Source: a virus (Duplodnaviria > Caudoviricetes). From it: a stretch of 55,774 nt of DNA. Shown here piece after piece: positions 46,043 through 55,431 of the stretch. The position numbers and the translations under genes are program-made. Under the pieces are notes generated by a model. The model was not told where the DNA came from. It searched no databases and saw nothing but the letters and a program-made list of their open reading frames with translations. The stretch lies in IMG/VR virus record IMGVR_UViG_3300033143_001114, positions 1 to 55,774 of that record; one strand, written 5' to 3'. Each line of letters opens with the position of its first letter. Position 1 is the first letter of the stretch.

Positions 46043-46993
46043 ATGAGCAACGAACGTGAGAGTATTTTTGTTGAGAAGTACCGCCCACAAACAATTGAAG
46101 AGTGCATCCTACCAAAAAGTTTAAAGGATGTATTTACAAAGTTTGTAGATAATAAAGAGTTTCCTAACTTGTTATTATCAGGTGGACCTGGCATAGGTAA
46201 AACCACTGTAGCCAAGGCTTTATGTAACGAGCTAGGTTATGATTGGATGATTATCAATGCATCATTAAACGCGAACATGGATAAACTAAGAAATGACATT
46301 TCAAAGTTTGCCAGCACTGTTTCGTTAATGAACAAAGGTGCCTATAAGGTTATCATACTCGACGAAGCAGATCATCTTAACCATCATATTCAACCCGCAC
46401 TTCGCGGATTCATTGAAGAGTTTTCAAGCAACTGTAGGTTTATATTCACCTGCAACTATAAAAATAAAATAATCGCACCACTTAGAGATTCACGTCTTGC
46501 CAATATTGATTTTAATATCAGTAAGAAAGACATGCCTCCTCTAATGGGTCAGTTTATGAAACGCATTGAAGGCATTCTTGAAGTTGAGGAAATCAAATAC
46601 GACAAGAAAGTTATAGCTGAATTAATTAAAAAGTTTTTCCCTGACTTCCGTAGGGTACTTAATGAAATACAGCGTTACGGTATAGGTGGGGAAATTGATA
46701 GCGGCATCCTTGCATCAATCGGCGACTTTGAAATTAATGATCTTGTCAAGCATCTTAAGAATAAAGACTTCACTGAGATGCGTAAATGGGTGGGCTCAAG
46801 TGTTGACATTTCACCAACAGAAATATTTAGACGTATTTATGATACGATGTATGAATATTTAGACAAGCAAAGTATTCCTAAAGCTGTTTTGATTTTGGCA
46901 GACTATCAGTACAAATCAGCATTCGTAGCAGACCAAGAAATCAATTTGGTTGCATGTCTAACTGAGTTAATGGTAGAATGTGAATATGTTTGA
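46043..46993 (+). CDS. gp44: Clamp loader large subunit gp44
   Basis: EKYRP, GPGIGKTT, ILDEAD, FPDFRR. Confidence 0.95.
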   Translation: MSNERESIFVEKYRPQTIEECILPKSLKDVFTKFVDNKEFPNLLLSGGPGIGKTTVAKALCNELGYDWMIINASLNANMDKLRNDISKFASTVSLMNKGAYKVIILDEADHLNHHIQPALRGFIEEFSSNCRFIFTCNYKNKIIAPLRDSRLANIDFNISKKDMPPLMGQFMKRIEGILEVEEIKYDKKVIAELIKKFFPDFRRVLNEIQRYGIGGEIDSGILASIGDFEINDLVKHLKNKDFTEMRKWVGSSVDISPTEIFRRIYDTMYEYLDKQSIPKAVLILADYQYKSAFVADQEINLVACLTELMVECEYV

Positions 46994-47438
46994 ACTGAAA
47001 CCAATCCCTGAAAAGGTTGAAGAGCCTATAGTAAAGGAGAAGAAGTTAAACTTTTTTGCTTGCCTTAATGAGATCAACACAGGCAAGAGTGATATGTTCC
47101 GTGATGGTGAAGAGCCTTTAGAGATCGTTCAAAAAGCTTATGATTCATTCATGGTCAACCGAGGTTTAAGTTATTTTATAGATACAATCATGCATGCGAA
47201 TATGATGAACCTTAATTCGTCATTACCCAAGCAGATGCAAAATGACTTTCACCTAAATAGTGTAAGGAAACGGAAACGCTTTAGTAAATGGTTTAAGGGA
47301 TCTAAGTCAAAAGAGATTCAGATGATTGCTGAATACTTTAACTATAGTTATTCTAGAGCAGAACAAGTTATAGAATTAATTGATAATGAAACAATAAAAA
47401 ATATTAAATTGAAGATGAATAAAGGTGGCAAAAAATGA
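46980..47438 (+). CDS. gp62: Clamp loader small subunit gp62
   Basis: FMVNRGLS, RKRKRFSKW, GG near the C-terminus; synteny. Confidence 0.88.
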   Translation: MNMFELKPIPEKVEEPIVKEKKLNFFACLNEINTGKSDMFRDGEEPLEIVQKAYDSFMVNRGLSYFIDTIMHANMMNLNSSLPKQMQNDFHLNSVRKRKRFSKWFKGSKSKEIQMIAEYFNYSYSRAEQVIELIDNETIKNIKLKMNKGGKK

Positions 47439-47863
47439 TTGACGACGCAAACGACATTATTGATACTGGCAATTGGGGAGTTGAGAACATGGTTGAGATT
47501 ACTTTCGGCCATGAAGATGACTTCCTTAAAATCAAAGAAACACTTACTCGTATAGGCATCCCTTCATTCAAAGAGAATATCCTATATCAGTCATGTAATA
47601 TTTTACACAAGAAAGGTAAATATTATATTGTGCATTTCAAAGAGTTGTTCGCGCTTGACGGTAAGAACACTTCATTCACAAAGGGAGACGCACGCCGTAG
47701 GAATACTATTTTGAAGCTACTGGTAGAGTGGGGTTTGTGTGACGTTGTAGATGTTGCTCAAGTTGCCGACGGCTTCGAGGATGTAAACAGAATTAAAATC
47801 ATCAAGCATAGCGAACGTGATGATTGGAACCTTAAACAAAAATATAATATAGGATCAAATTAA
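47435..47863 (+). CDS. regA: Translational repressor RegA
   Basis: FLKIKETLTRIGI, LYQSC-x-ILHK-x-G-x-YYIVHFKELF-x-LDG. Confidence 0.95.
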   Translation: MIDDANDIIDTGNWGVENMVEITFGHEDDFLKIKETLTRIGIPSFKENILYQSCNILHKKGKYYIVHFKELFALDGKNTSFTKGDARRRNTILKLLVEWGLCDVVDVAQVADGFEDVNRIKIIKHSERDDWNLKQKYNIGSN

Positions 47864-47864
47864 T

Positions 47865-48392
47865 ATGTCGATAAATAAAGACCAGGAAGAGTTCACAGCA
47901 GAAAATCAAATTCCTGTTGAAGAGACACCCGAGTTACACCCAGATAACTTCAAAGTAAAATCTCCTGAAATGAATTTGTTTGATTATATGCAATTAGCTG
48001 GCCGCACAAATAAAACATTCCCAGGCGGTGTTCAATTATCACAAGAGCAAATGGAAGTTTTACATGGCTCTATGGGTATGGTAACAGAAGCGGGTGAGTT
48101 GATGGACGCCATTAAGAAGAACTTTATTTATGGCGCACCACTTGATAAGGTGAACATGCAAGAAGAACTTGGCGACATCGCATGGTACTGGATATTGATT
48201 TGTAGATTTTATAGTTGGGATCCATACGAGATTTTGAAAATGAATATTGATAAACTGCAACTTCGTTTCCCTAATGCTTTTACAGAAGAAGATGCATTGA
48301 ATAGGGACTTGAATAAAGAGCGCGCACTTTTAGAAGAAAATGATCAAAAAACCTCCGATGGATATTGCGCTCACCCTAGAACTGAAGACTAA
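47865..48392 (+). CDS. mazG: MazG-like NTP pyrophosphohydrolase
   Basis: EAGELMD...EELGD-x-x-WY, N-x-x-KL-x-x-RFP. Confidence 0.85.
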   Translation: MSINKDQEEFTAENQIPVEETPELHPDNFKVKSPEMNLFDYMQLAGRTNKTFPGGVQLSQEQMEVLHGSMGMVTEAGELMDAIKKNFIYGAPLDKVNMQEELGDIAWYWILICRFYSWDPYEILKMNIDKLQLRFPNAFTEEDALNRDLNKERALLEENDQKTSDGYCAHPRTED

Positions 48393-48424
48393 TTTGTGAT
48401 ATAATACAACAGGTGAGGTGAACA

Positions 48425-48643
48425 ATGAACGCGAATATTTATGTAGTGTTTAAAGATGGTGTATATAATGCTCCTTGCGGCAGCTTGAGAAGCGTTGTGA
48501 CAAAGGTAAAAGACTTGGGCAACCTAGGCGATGTGCTGGTTGATACAGCGGCTATCCGTCAAGATGTGAAAGTAGGTAAAACATTTTCAATCAAAGGTTC
48601 CAATGGTGCTTTGATTGAAGTCCGTAAAGACACATTAGTTTAA
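48425..48643 (+). CDS. Hypothetical protein
   Basis: GAGGTG RBS; TGTGATATAAT extended -10 at about 48395-48405. Confidence 0.55.
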   Translation: MNANIYVVFKDGVYNAPCGSLRSVVTKVKDLGNLGDVLVDTAAIRQDVKVGKTFSIKGSNGALIEVRKDTLV

Positions 48644-48657
48644 GTGGGGATTATATA

Positions 48658-49239
48658 ATGTATAAAATTTCAAAAGACTTTTCATTATGTTATGGTCATC
48701 GTGTATGGACTCAAGAACTCAAAGAAGAATTTTGTCAAGATGGTGATTCAAGCTGTAAATGTAAACACCTCCATGGGCATGAAGGATTAATTAGAGTTGC
48801 ACTTGAGGCCAACCTATTAACAAAAGGTATGGTAACAGATTTCAAACATCTTGGTTGGGTTAAAAACTTCCTTGATGATAATTTAGATCATAAGTTTATC
48901 GTTGATAGAAATGATCCATTATTTTACAACATCATAGGTCTTGAAAAAGATATCCTCGATGATGCTTTAGATAGAGTATATCTAGATAACAATCTTGTAG
49001 GCTGGAAGATTTTACCATTACCTAATGCAAATTCAATAATGGCAGAATTGTTTGAGAGCTTTTTCATAGTTGACTTCACACCAACCTCAGAGAATCTTGC
49101 AGAATGGTTATATCATATTGTAATGCATAAGATGGTATCGTTTTACCCAGGAGTAAGAGTTGAGAGTTTAATGTGGCAAGAGACGCCAAAATCGAAAGCC
49201 ACTTATACTACACACAAACCTGGAGATGGTATATTTTGA
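48658..49239 (+). CDS. queD: 6-carboxy-5,6,7,8-tetrahydropterin synthase
   Basis: GHR, C-x-HLHGH, DF, LDH, PTSENLA, ET. Confidence 0.9.
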   Translation: MYKISKDFSLCYGHRVWTQELKEEFCQDGDSSCKCKHLHGHEGLIRVALEANLLTKGMVTDFKHLGWVKNFLDDNLDHKFIVDRNDPLFYNIIGLEKDILDDALDRVYLDNNLVGWKILPLPNANSIMAELFESFFIVDFTPTSENLAEWLYHIVMHKMVSFYPGVRVESLMWQETPKSKATYTTHKPGDGIF

Positions 49240-50111
49240 AATTAAAATACTCTGAAATATTTTACAGTATGCAGGGCGAGGGATACCATATAGGTGTCCC
49301 TTCCGTGTTCTTACGAACTTTCGCGTGTAACTTTGAGTGTAAAGGTTTTGGTCAAACTAAACCTTACTTACCTGAAGAAGATATGCCGCATAACAAGTTC
49401 GATATTACAACGATAAATAATATTAACGAATTACCTGTGTTTAATGTTGGTTGTGATTCATCTGCTTCGTGGGCAAAGAAGTATGCACACTTGGCTCCAA
49501 TGGACACTATGGCTGACCTTGCTAAGAAGATTGCAGCATTAACTCCAATGCAAGATGAATGGACCGTTAGAGAAACAGGGCATTTTATACATCTTGTAGT
49601 TACAGGTGGAGAGCCACTATTAAAAGGTAATCAAAAGAAATTTATTGAATTGTTAGAACAGCCAGAGTTTAGATACTTACGAGATATTACATTTGAAACA
49701 AATGGAACACAACAATTAACTGACGAATTTAGAACGTGGCTTTATAGGCAACAAGGTTTGAGAGTAACGTGGTCAATATCACCTAAGCTTTCAATATCAG
49801 GTGAGAAATATGGAGCAGCTATAAATCCTAGGGCAGTGCTTTCAATACAACAATCAATGAAACAAAACGATATAATTTATTTTAAATTTGTTGTAAGAGA
49901 AAGAGATAATATAAAAGAGATTATACATGCATTAGGTGATTATGAAGATGTGGGTATTCATACCAACATTGTCTATATAATGCCAGAGGGAGCAACACAA
50001 GAAGGTTTATCATTAACAGAAACCTCTGTTGCAGAACTTGCGCTTGAATGTGGTCTACGTTATTCACCAAGACTGCATGTAAATATATTTGGGAATAAAT
50101 GGGGAACTTAG
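49236..50111 (+). CDS. queE: 7-carboxy-7-deazaguanine synthase (radical SAM)
   Basis: EIFYS-x-QGEG, CNFEC...GCDS, TGGEP, FETNGT, SPK; TTG start 49236 after GGAG. Confidence 0.9.
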   Translation: MKLKYSEIFYSMQGEGYHIGVPSVFLRTFACNFECKGFGQTKPYLPEEDMPHNKFDITTINNINELPVFNVGCDSSASWAKKYAHLAPMDTMADLAKKIAALTPMQDEWTVRETGHFIHLVVTGGEPLLKGNQKKFIELLEQPEFRYLRDITFETNGTQQLTDEFRTWLYRQQGLRVTWSISPKLSISGEKYGAAINPRAVLSIQQSMKQNDIIYFKFVVRERDNIKEIIHALGDYEDVGIHTNIVYIMPEGATQEGLSLTETSVAELALECGLRYSPRLHVNIFGNKWGT

Positions 50112-50112
50112 T

Positions 50113-50787
50113 ATGCCGTTAGATAAGAGATTTAGAATAGATGATCATATTTATTTTGTTCATGAATATGGATTGGACATGGACGGAAACGAAATACACG
50201 TCTACGGTGATGAAAGATATGTGAATGAAGAACAAACTGAACCTGGTGTAGAGTATTTAATGTCAGCTAGGTTTATTAAAAATATGAATTTGATTATGGG
50301 AAAAACCGGGAATGAGAATATATTAATTCATCTTAAATCCTGTGGAGGAATGTGGGAAGAAGGAATGGCAATGTATGATATAATTAAAACGTGTCCAAAT
50401 TATATCACAGGATTAAATTACACTCACGCTCGTTCTATGACTTCATTGGTTTTCCTTGCTTGTGATAAACGAGTAATGATGCCACACTCTACTTTTATGT
50501 TTCATGAAGGAACTTTCGCAATAAATGGAACAGTCAAACAAGCCAGAGTAGAAATGAAAGAGTTGGAGAGAACGTCTAAAGAGATGGTAGATGTTTATGT
50601 AGATATTTTGAAAAACTCTGAGCATGGAAAATATAGAGATAAATCTGTGAAGTGGATCAGAAATTGGGTATCAAAACAAATGAATGATAAAGAAGAAGTC
50701 TACTTGACCGCTCAAGAAGCGGTTGATGTGGGATTTGCTCATGAGATTTTTGATGGTGATTGGAGTAAAGTTTCAACAAGAAAATAG
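50113..50787 (+). CDS. ClpP-like serine protease
   Basis: S-x-GG, ARSM (catalytic Ser), FMFH (His), YLTAQEAV-x-x-GF. Confidence 0.75.
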   Translation: MPLDKRFRIDDHIYFVHEYGLDMDGNEIHVYGDERYVNEEQTEPGVEYLMSARFIKNMNLIMGKTGNENILIHLKSCGGMWEEGMAMYDIIKTCPNYITGLNYTHARSMTSLVFLACDKRVMMPHSTFMFHEGTFAINGTVKQARVEMKELERTSKEMVDVYVDILKNSEHGKYRDKSVKWIRNWVSKQMNDKEEVYLTAQEAVDVGFAHEIFDGDWSKVSTRK

Positions 50788-50808
50788 AAGTATCAATTAT
50801 TATAATAA

Positions 50809-50819
50809 TGTGCTATAAT
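50809..50819 (+). promoter_or_regulatory. Extended -10 promoter for the folE operon
   Basis: TGTGCTATAAT. Confidence 0.5.
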
Positions 50820-50842
50820 ATGTAGAACAATGGGAGTGTTGA

Positions 50843-51478
50843 ATGATAGATAAATGGGTTAGTAATAAAAATAAAGTTGTGTCAAGTGGGGATATGGTTC
50901 AAATAGAACAAAATACAGAAGCTGCCGTCCAACAACTATTAGAAGCACTTTGTATAGATACTGAAAACGATCACAATACCAAAGACACTGCAAAGCGCGT
51001 CGCAAAAATGTTTCTTCATGAAACGTTTAAAGGTCGTTATGAAGCAATGCCCAAGGTTACAGCTTTCCCTAACGCAGGAAATTATGATCAAATTTACTTG
51101 ACGGGACCTATAACAATCAGGTCAACATGCGCCCACCACTTTCAAAACATTATAGGTAAATGTTGGATTGGTATTTACCCAGGTAAAAAAGTTATTGGCT
51201 TGAGTAAATTTAATAGGCTTGTTGATTGGATTGCATCCCGTCCTCAAATTCAAGAAGAAATGACGGTACAAATAGCCGACCTTATTGAAGAGCAAACACA
51301 AGCACAAGGAATAGCTGTTATTGTTAAAGCAGAACATATGTGTCTAACTCATCGTGGCTTTAAAGAACATGAGAGTGATATGACAACCTCAGTAATGCGA
51401 GGAACGTTTTTGAAGAACGTACATATGAAACAGGAATTTTTATCATTATTATCAGGAATGAAAGGGTTTAATTCATGA
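50843..51478 (+). CDS. folE: GTP cyclohydrolase I
   Basis: STCAHH, GLSKFNR, RPQIQE, HMC-x-x-x-RG. Confidence 0.95.
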   Translation: MIDKWVSNKNKVVSSGDMVQIEQNTEAAVQQLLEALCIDTENDHNTKDTAKRVAKMFLHETFKGRYEAMPKVTAFPNAGNYDQIYLTGPITIRSTCAHHFQNIIGKCWIGIYPGKKVIGLSKFNRLVDWIASRPQIQEEMTVQIADLIEEQTQAQGIAVIVKAEHMCLTHRGFKEHESDMTTSVMRGTFLKNVHMKQEFLSLLSGMKGFNS

Positions 51479-52728
51479 AGGCGCAATTCTTACCAGCTAT
51501 ATCAACGGCAACTACAGGCTACCTAGCTGCAAACTCAGATGAAGATTTTCTAAACCATTCAGACAATATCACAAAGTCTTTCAGGTTTTTCAACCAAGAC
51601 AGTGATGCATATTTTCATCATCCGTTTGTTTTAATATCAGCTTCCCACTTGTTTAAGAAAACTGAAAACATCCGAGAGCATCTTGGTATCGACGACAAAC
51701 AATTTATTTTTATTGACTCAGGTGGTTACTCACTCGCCTCAGGAGCAATCAAAGAGAAAGATTGGAATGATCAGCTTGCATATAAATGGTCTAATAACAA
51801 CGGAAACGTTTTCCCAATACTTGATAGACCATTAATTCCTAATTGTGATTATGATAAACACTTGGACTTGTCATTTAAGTCTGCTGAATACTACGCAACA
51901 GAACGTCCAGGCGATGATAAGAAATTAATATTGAATGTTGTACAAGGTAGAAATACAAAAGAACTGAGTACATGGATCGATAAAATGGCTCAAATTCCTT
52001 TAGATGGTTGGGCACACGGTGGTCACCGAGGTCATATGTCAAACATCGTTGGAGTCATACTTGAATTAATAAATAAAGGCTTAATGGAAAACTCAAAGAT
52101 TCATCATATCTTTGGTGTATCATCATGCGCCTCAATGGTTTACTTTGCGGTTATTCAAGATGAATTACAGAAGCTTGGATTCAAAACACAATTAACATAT
52201 GATAGTTCTTACTTCCAAAGGTCATTTGCTTTTGGTAACTGGTTCCTTTATAAGAAGTTCGACGGCATGGTTAATATCAGACTTTCAAATAGGTATGATT
52301 GGTCACACGTTCCTAAAGGTACAAAGATCCCCTGTGAATGTCCTTTGTGTTCACCAGTTACAGACGTACATGAATTTTTTGAGAACTCTATGACTTTTTA
52401 CATGTTAGGCGCAATGCATAATCTCTACCAGATGCTTTCATATAAAAGATCAATTGAGAACTTGTTACACTTCGGCAGCGTACAACCAGCAACAGATAAA
52501 GAAGGTAATGTTTATAACGTAGACCCGTTTTTACAAACTGCATTACCCGCTAAGATGTGGAGAAACATTTGTGCAATCAAAGAAGCATTTGCTAATCCTA
52601 AGTCAGGTGCAAGGATTATGAATATGAAATTTGAAGATAGAAATGTTGAAACTCCACCACCAACTTTAAATCAATTCATGCCTGATTATGTAGAAAAAGA
52701 AACAATGTTAGATGAGGATAGAGTGTAA
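51475..52728 (+). CDS. dpdA: TGT-fold transglycosylase, probably DNA-acting DpdA-like
   Basis: IDSGGY, LD-x-P, VVQG, HIFG, YDSS, CECPLC...HN zinc site; located in the que cluster. Confidence 0.72.
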   Translation: MKAQFLPAISTATTGYLAANSDEDFLNHSDNITKSFRFFNQDSDAYFHHPFVLISASHLFKKTENIREHLGIDDKQFIFIDSGGYSLASGAIKEKDWNDQLAYKWSNNNGNVFPILDRPLIPNCDYDKHLDLSFKSAEYYATERPGDDKKLILNVVQGRNTKELSTWIDKMAQIPLDGWAHGGHRGHMSNIVGVILELINKGLMENSKIHHIFGVSSCASMVYFAVIQDELQKLGFKTQLTYDSSYFQRSFAFGNWFLYKKFDGMVNIRLSNRYDWSHVPKGTKIPCECPLCSPVTDVHEFFENSMTFYMLGAMHNLYQMLSYKRSIENLLHFGSVQPATDKEGNVYNVDPFLQTALPAKMWRNICAIKEAFANPKSGARIMNMKFEDRNVETPPPTLNQFMPDYVEKETMLDEDRV

Positions 52729-53219
52729 TGGCACATATGGCCTTTGATTTAGACGGCGTGTTATTATCCGACAATCATGTTGGAACGGATAAAGATGCGG
52801 CTTGTGATTTAACTACTGTTCTGAATTTCAGGATTAGGAACATGCTTAGATTATTTGTTCCTAATAAACGTTATGCTATTATAACAGGTAGACCTAAGCT
52901 TGATGAAACAGAAACTTTGTTTTGGATACACCAAAACTTGAGCGATAATTTACCAATAGATATTTATCATGATCGCCCGTGGATTGAGAACTTTGATATA
53001 GCCAAACATACGTTAGGTGCCGCAAAGTATAAAGCAGAAGTTTTAAATGAAGATACACTTATTGATGTTTATATTGAAAGTGATATAGAACAGGTTAAGT
53101 ATTTGCAAGATAATGTTAGAAATACTTGTTCAATATTACATTTTGAGACATTGGTAGTAAACGCAATAAACAATGAAGTAGAACACCAAAGGAGAATACA
53201 ATGGCAAAAGTCTTTCTAG
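52728..53219 (+). CDS. HAD-superfamily phosphatase
   Basis: FDLDGVL, ITGRP, K, YIESD motifs. Confidence 0.75.
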   Translation: MAHMAFDLDGVLLSDNHVGTDKDAACDLTTVLNFRIRNMLRLFVPNKRYAIITGRPKLDETETLFWIHQNLSDNLPIDIYHDRPWIENFDIAKHTLGAAKYKAEVLNEDTLIDVYIESDIEQVKYLQDNVRNTCSILHFETLVVNAINNEVEHQRRIQWQKSF

Positions 53220-53740
53220 AATATAAAGATTTAAAGAATATTTGCTGTTCAATCACTGATAAGATTAAACGCGAAGAAGAAAAACCTTTTACTGAGATTG
53301 TAGCAGTAACAAGAGGTGGGCTTACAGCGGCACATATTTTTGCAAAGGAATTAAACCTTGATGTAGGTATGTTCCTGCCAAAACCTTATCAGCTTGCACT
53401 TAACAACGATATTACCGAAGACACAAGGCTTTTACTTGTGGAGGATTTGGTTGCTCAAGGCAGAACATATGCTGAAATAAAAGACTTTTTCAGAATGTTC
53501 AATGAGTCAATAACAAACGAAATGACTGCCGAAGGTGTAGAGTACGAAGGCGTCAAGCATATTATTGATTGGGAATTTTGTCCAATCCTAATTGACGATT
53601 CATATGAGCCGAAGGACGAGTTTAAATACTTTGGCTATACTTCTAAAAACTGGGTTGTGTTCCCTTATGAAGACAGCGAGAAAGTTGTGATTGGGGATCG
53701 TGGCTTACATAGAGATGGGAGCGACCAATATGGGAAATGA
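53201..53740 (+). CDS. Purine phosphoribosyltransferase (Gpt-like)
   Basis: IVAVTRGGL, PRPP loop LLVEDLVAQGRT, WVVFPYE. Confidence 0.8.
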   Translation: MAKVFLEYKDLKNICCSITDKIKREEEKPFTEIVAVTRGGLTAAHIFAKELNLDVGMFLPKPYQLALNNDITEDTRLLLVEDLVAQGRTYAEIKDFFRMFNESITNEMTAEGVEYEGVKHIIDWEFCPILIDDSYEPKDEFKYFGYTSKNWVVFPYEDSEKVVIGDRGLHRDGSDQYGK

Positions 53741-54296
53741 AATATGGGAACAAATTAACCACGAACCTTATCCAAAAGAAGTAAAGGATAGAGTATTTGA
53801 ATTTGTTAAGTTTATAAACCTATATAAAACTTGCGGTCCTATTGCAGACTTAGGTTGTGGTAATGGTTTCATCGCAGACGAACTTTCCCGTATGCATAAT
53901 AAATTCAAGTCAATAGATTTGTATGATTACTTCCCAACACACGAATCAATTCAGAAAATTGACCTAAACAATTTTGGCAATACACCAGAACGTAAGTACA
54001 GCACCGTATACCTTTCACATGTGATGGAACATTTAAAAGATCCTGTATATACTTTGAATATTATTAAGAAGGAATTCCTTAATCCTTCACATGGTCGAGT
54101 TATTATTGCCGTTCCTAATGGCGAGTATGACAATGGACATAATCCTTTCGATAAAGAGATTGGTCATATTTCATTGTTTAGTAGATTCAGTATTGAAGAT
54201 AATATGAGGAAGGCAGGCCTTATCCCAAAAATTATAACTGTTAATACATTGGATGCGAACTACCCAGAGATATGGGCCGTAGGAGAATGTCCGTGA
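53730..54296 (+). CDS. Class I SAM-dependent methyltransferase
   Basis: IADLGCGNG, SHVMEHL-x-DP, IAVPN; likely start ATG 53730. Confidence 0.8.
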   Translation: MGNEIWEQINHEPYPKEVKDRVFEFVKFINLYKTCGPIADLGCGNGFIADELSRMHNKFKSIDLYDYFPTHESIQKIDLNNFGNTPERKYSTVYLSHVMEHLKDPVYTLNIIKKEFLNPSHGRVIIAVPNGEYDNGHNPFDKEIGHISLFSRFSIEDNMRKAGLIPKIITVNTLDANYPEIWAVGECP

Positions 54297-55126
54297 TACC
54301 TAAAAGAAAGAAAGTTGCTGTAATGGTTTCAGGTGGCTTAGATAGTTTCATTGCATATGAATATGCTTTAACTGCTTTTGCCGATGAAGAATATACAGAA
54401 GTTATTCCTGTATATGTTCGATATGGTAGCCCTTATCAAGACAAAGAAGATGCTGCTATTGATAAGCTGTTCGGTAATATTAAAAATTTAAAAATCATTA
54501 ATGCTGACCTTGCCACAGAAGATCTTGATAATGTACCAACATTAGAACAACAAGAGATTTATGGTAGGAACTTGTTAATGTTATTTTATGGTGGAGTTGT
54601 GGGTGATGTTATTTGGCTGGCAAGCTTAGAAACTGAAATGAACCCAACGGCAGTTAGAGATAAACACCCAGAGTTTATGCATATGTGTTCTTCAATATTC
54701 TCGTATATATTTAAGAGCAAGCGTTTTGAAACTGTTGTGGAAACACCATTCAAGGACTTTACTAAATCGGATATTGTTCGTATTGCATTGAATGATTTAG
54801 GTATCACAGTGCAAGAGTTGGTGTCTACCTCTACTTGTTACCATGAAGAACACCACAATTGCGGGCAATGTTCTACATGTTTCAAACGTTGGATTGCAAT
54901 GACTAACAATGGAATTGACGAAGAAGATTATGTCACACACCCATATAGAGATAATGAATACGCCCAATGGGTGTGTATGGATATGAGACGTGTAGCAAAC
55001 GCAGGAATTGAAGAACCTCGTTATTCATATAAAAGATTGATCGAAACTCATAATGCTTTAAAGAGAGCAGGCTTTGAAGGAATATTTAAAGCCTATGATA
55101 ATTTAATAATCGACAGTGGGAGTTAA
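54287..55126 (+). CDS. queC: 7-cyano-7-deazaguanine synthase
   Basis: SGGLDS PP-loop, GRN, TCY...CGQC-x-x-C zinc site; AGGAG RBS. Confidence 0.85.
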   Translation: MSVIPKRKKVAVMVSGGLDSFIAYEYALTAFADEEYTEVIPVYVRYGSPYQDKEDAAIDKLFGNIKNLKIINADLATEDLDNVPTLEQQEIYGRNLLMLFYGGVVGDVIWLASLETEMNPTAVRDKHPEFMHMCSSIFSYIFKSKRFETVVETPFKDFTKSDIVRIALNDLGITVQELVSTSTCYHEEHHNCGQCSTCFKRWIAMTNNGIDEEDYVTHPYRDNEYAQWVCMDMRRVANAGIEEPRYSYKRLIETHNALKRAGFEGIFKAYDNLIIDSGS

Positions 55127-55128
55127 TC

Positions 55129-55431
55129 ATGGCATTAGATCAATTCAAAAGAGAAATAAGAGTAGGAGATATTATATCCTACCCTGGTAGACAGTCAAGT
55201 TCTATTTGGAACAATATCGCCGTTGTTAAAAAGCTAAATGTAAACGGTTCATTAGGAGTAACACGCGGCCCTCAATATAGATGGGAAACAAATCAAAACC
55301 TTAGAAACACGACTGTTCATATGACTCAAAGAGCTATCATCCTTAATAAAGAGGATCTAGCAACTGTTAAAGATAATAACATTCAAAACTTACTTCTTAT
55401 GTCAATTGTGTATCTTAATGAAACAAAGTAA
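55129..55431 (+). CDS. Hypothetical protein
   Basis: GGGAG RBS; D-x-x-x-REI-x-VGD start. Confidence 0.5.
   Translation: MALDQFKREIRVGDIISYPGRQSSSIWNNIAVVKKLNVNGSLGVTRGPQYRWETNQNLRNTTVHMTQRAIILNKEDLATVKDNNIQNLLLMSIVYLNETK

Noticed and set aside
48658-55126. Complete queuosine tRNA pathway or folate synthesis
   Set aside because: No queF, queA, queG/H or folate genes in the window, and the TGT-fold protein is divergent from bacterial Tgt; DNA modification is more likely but unproven
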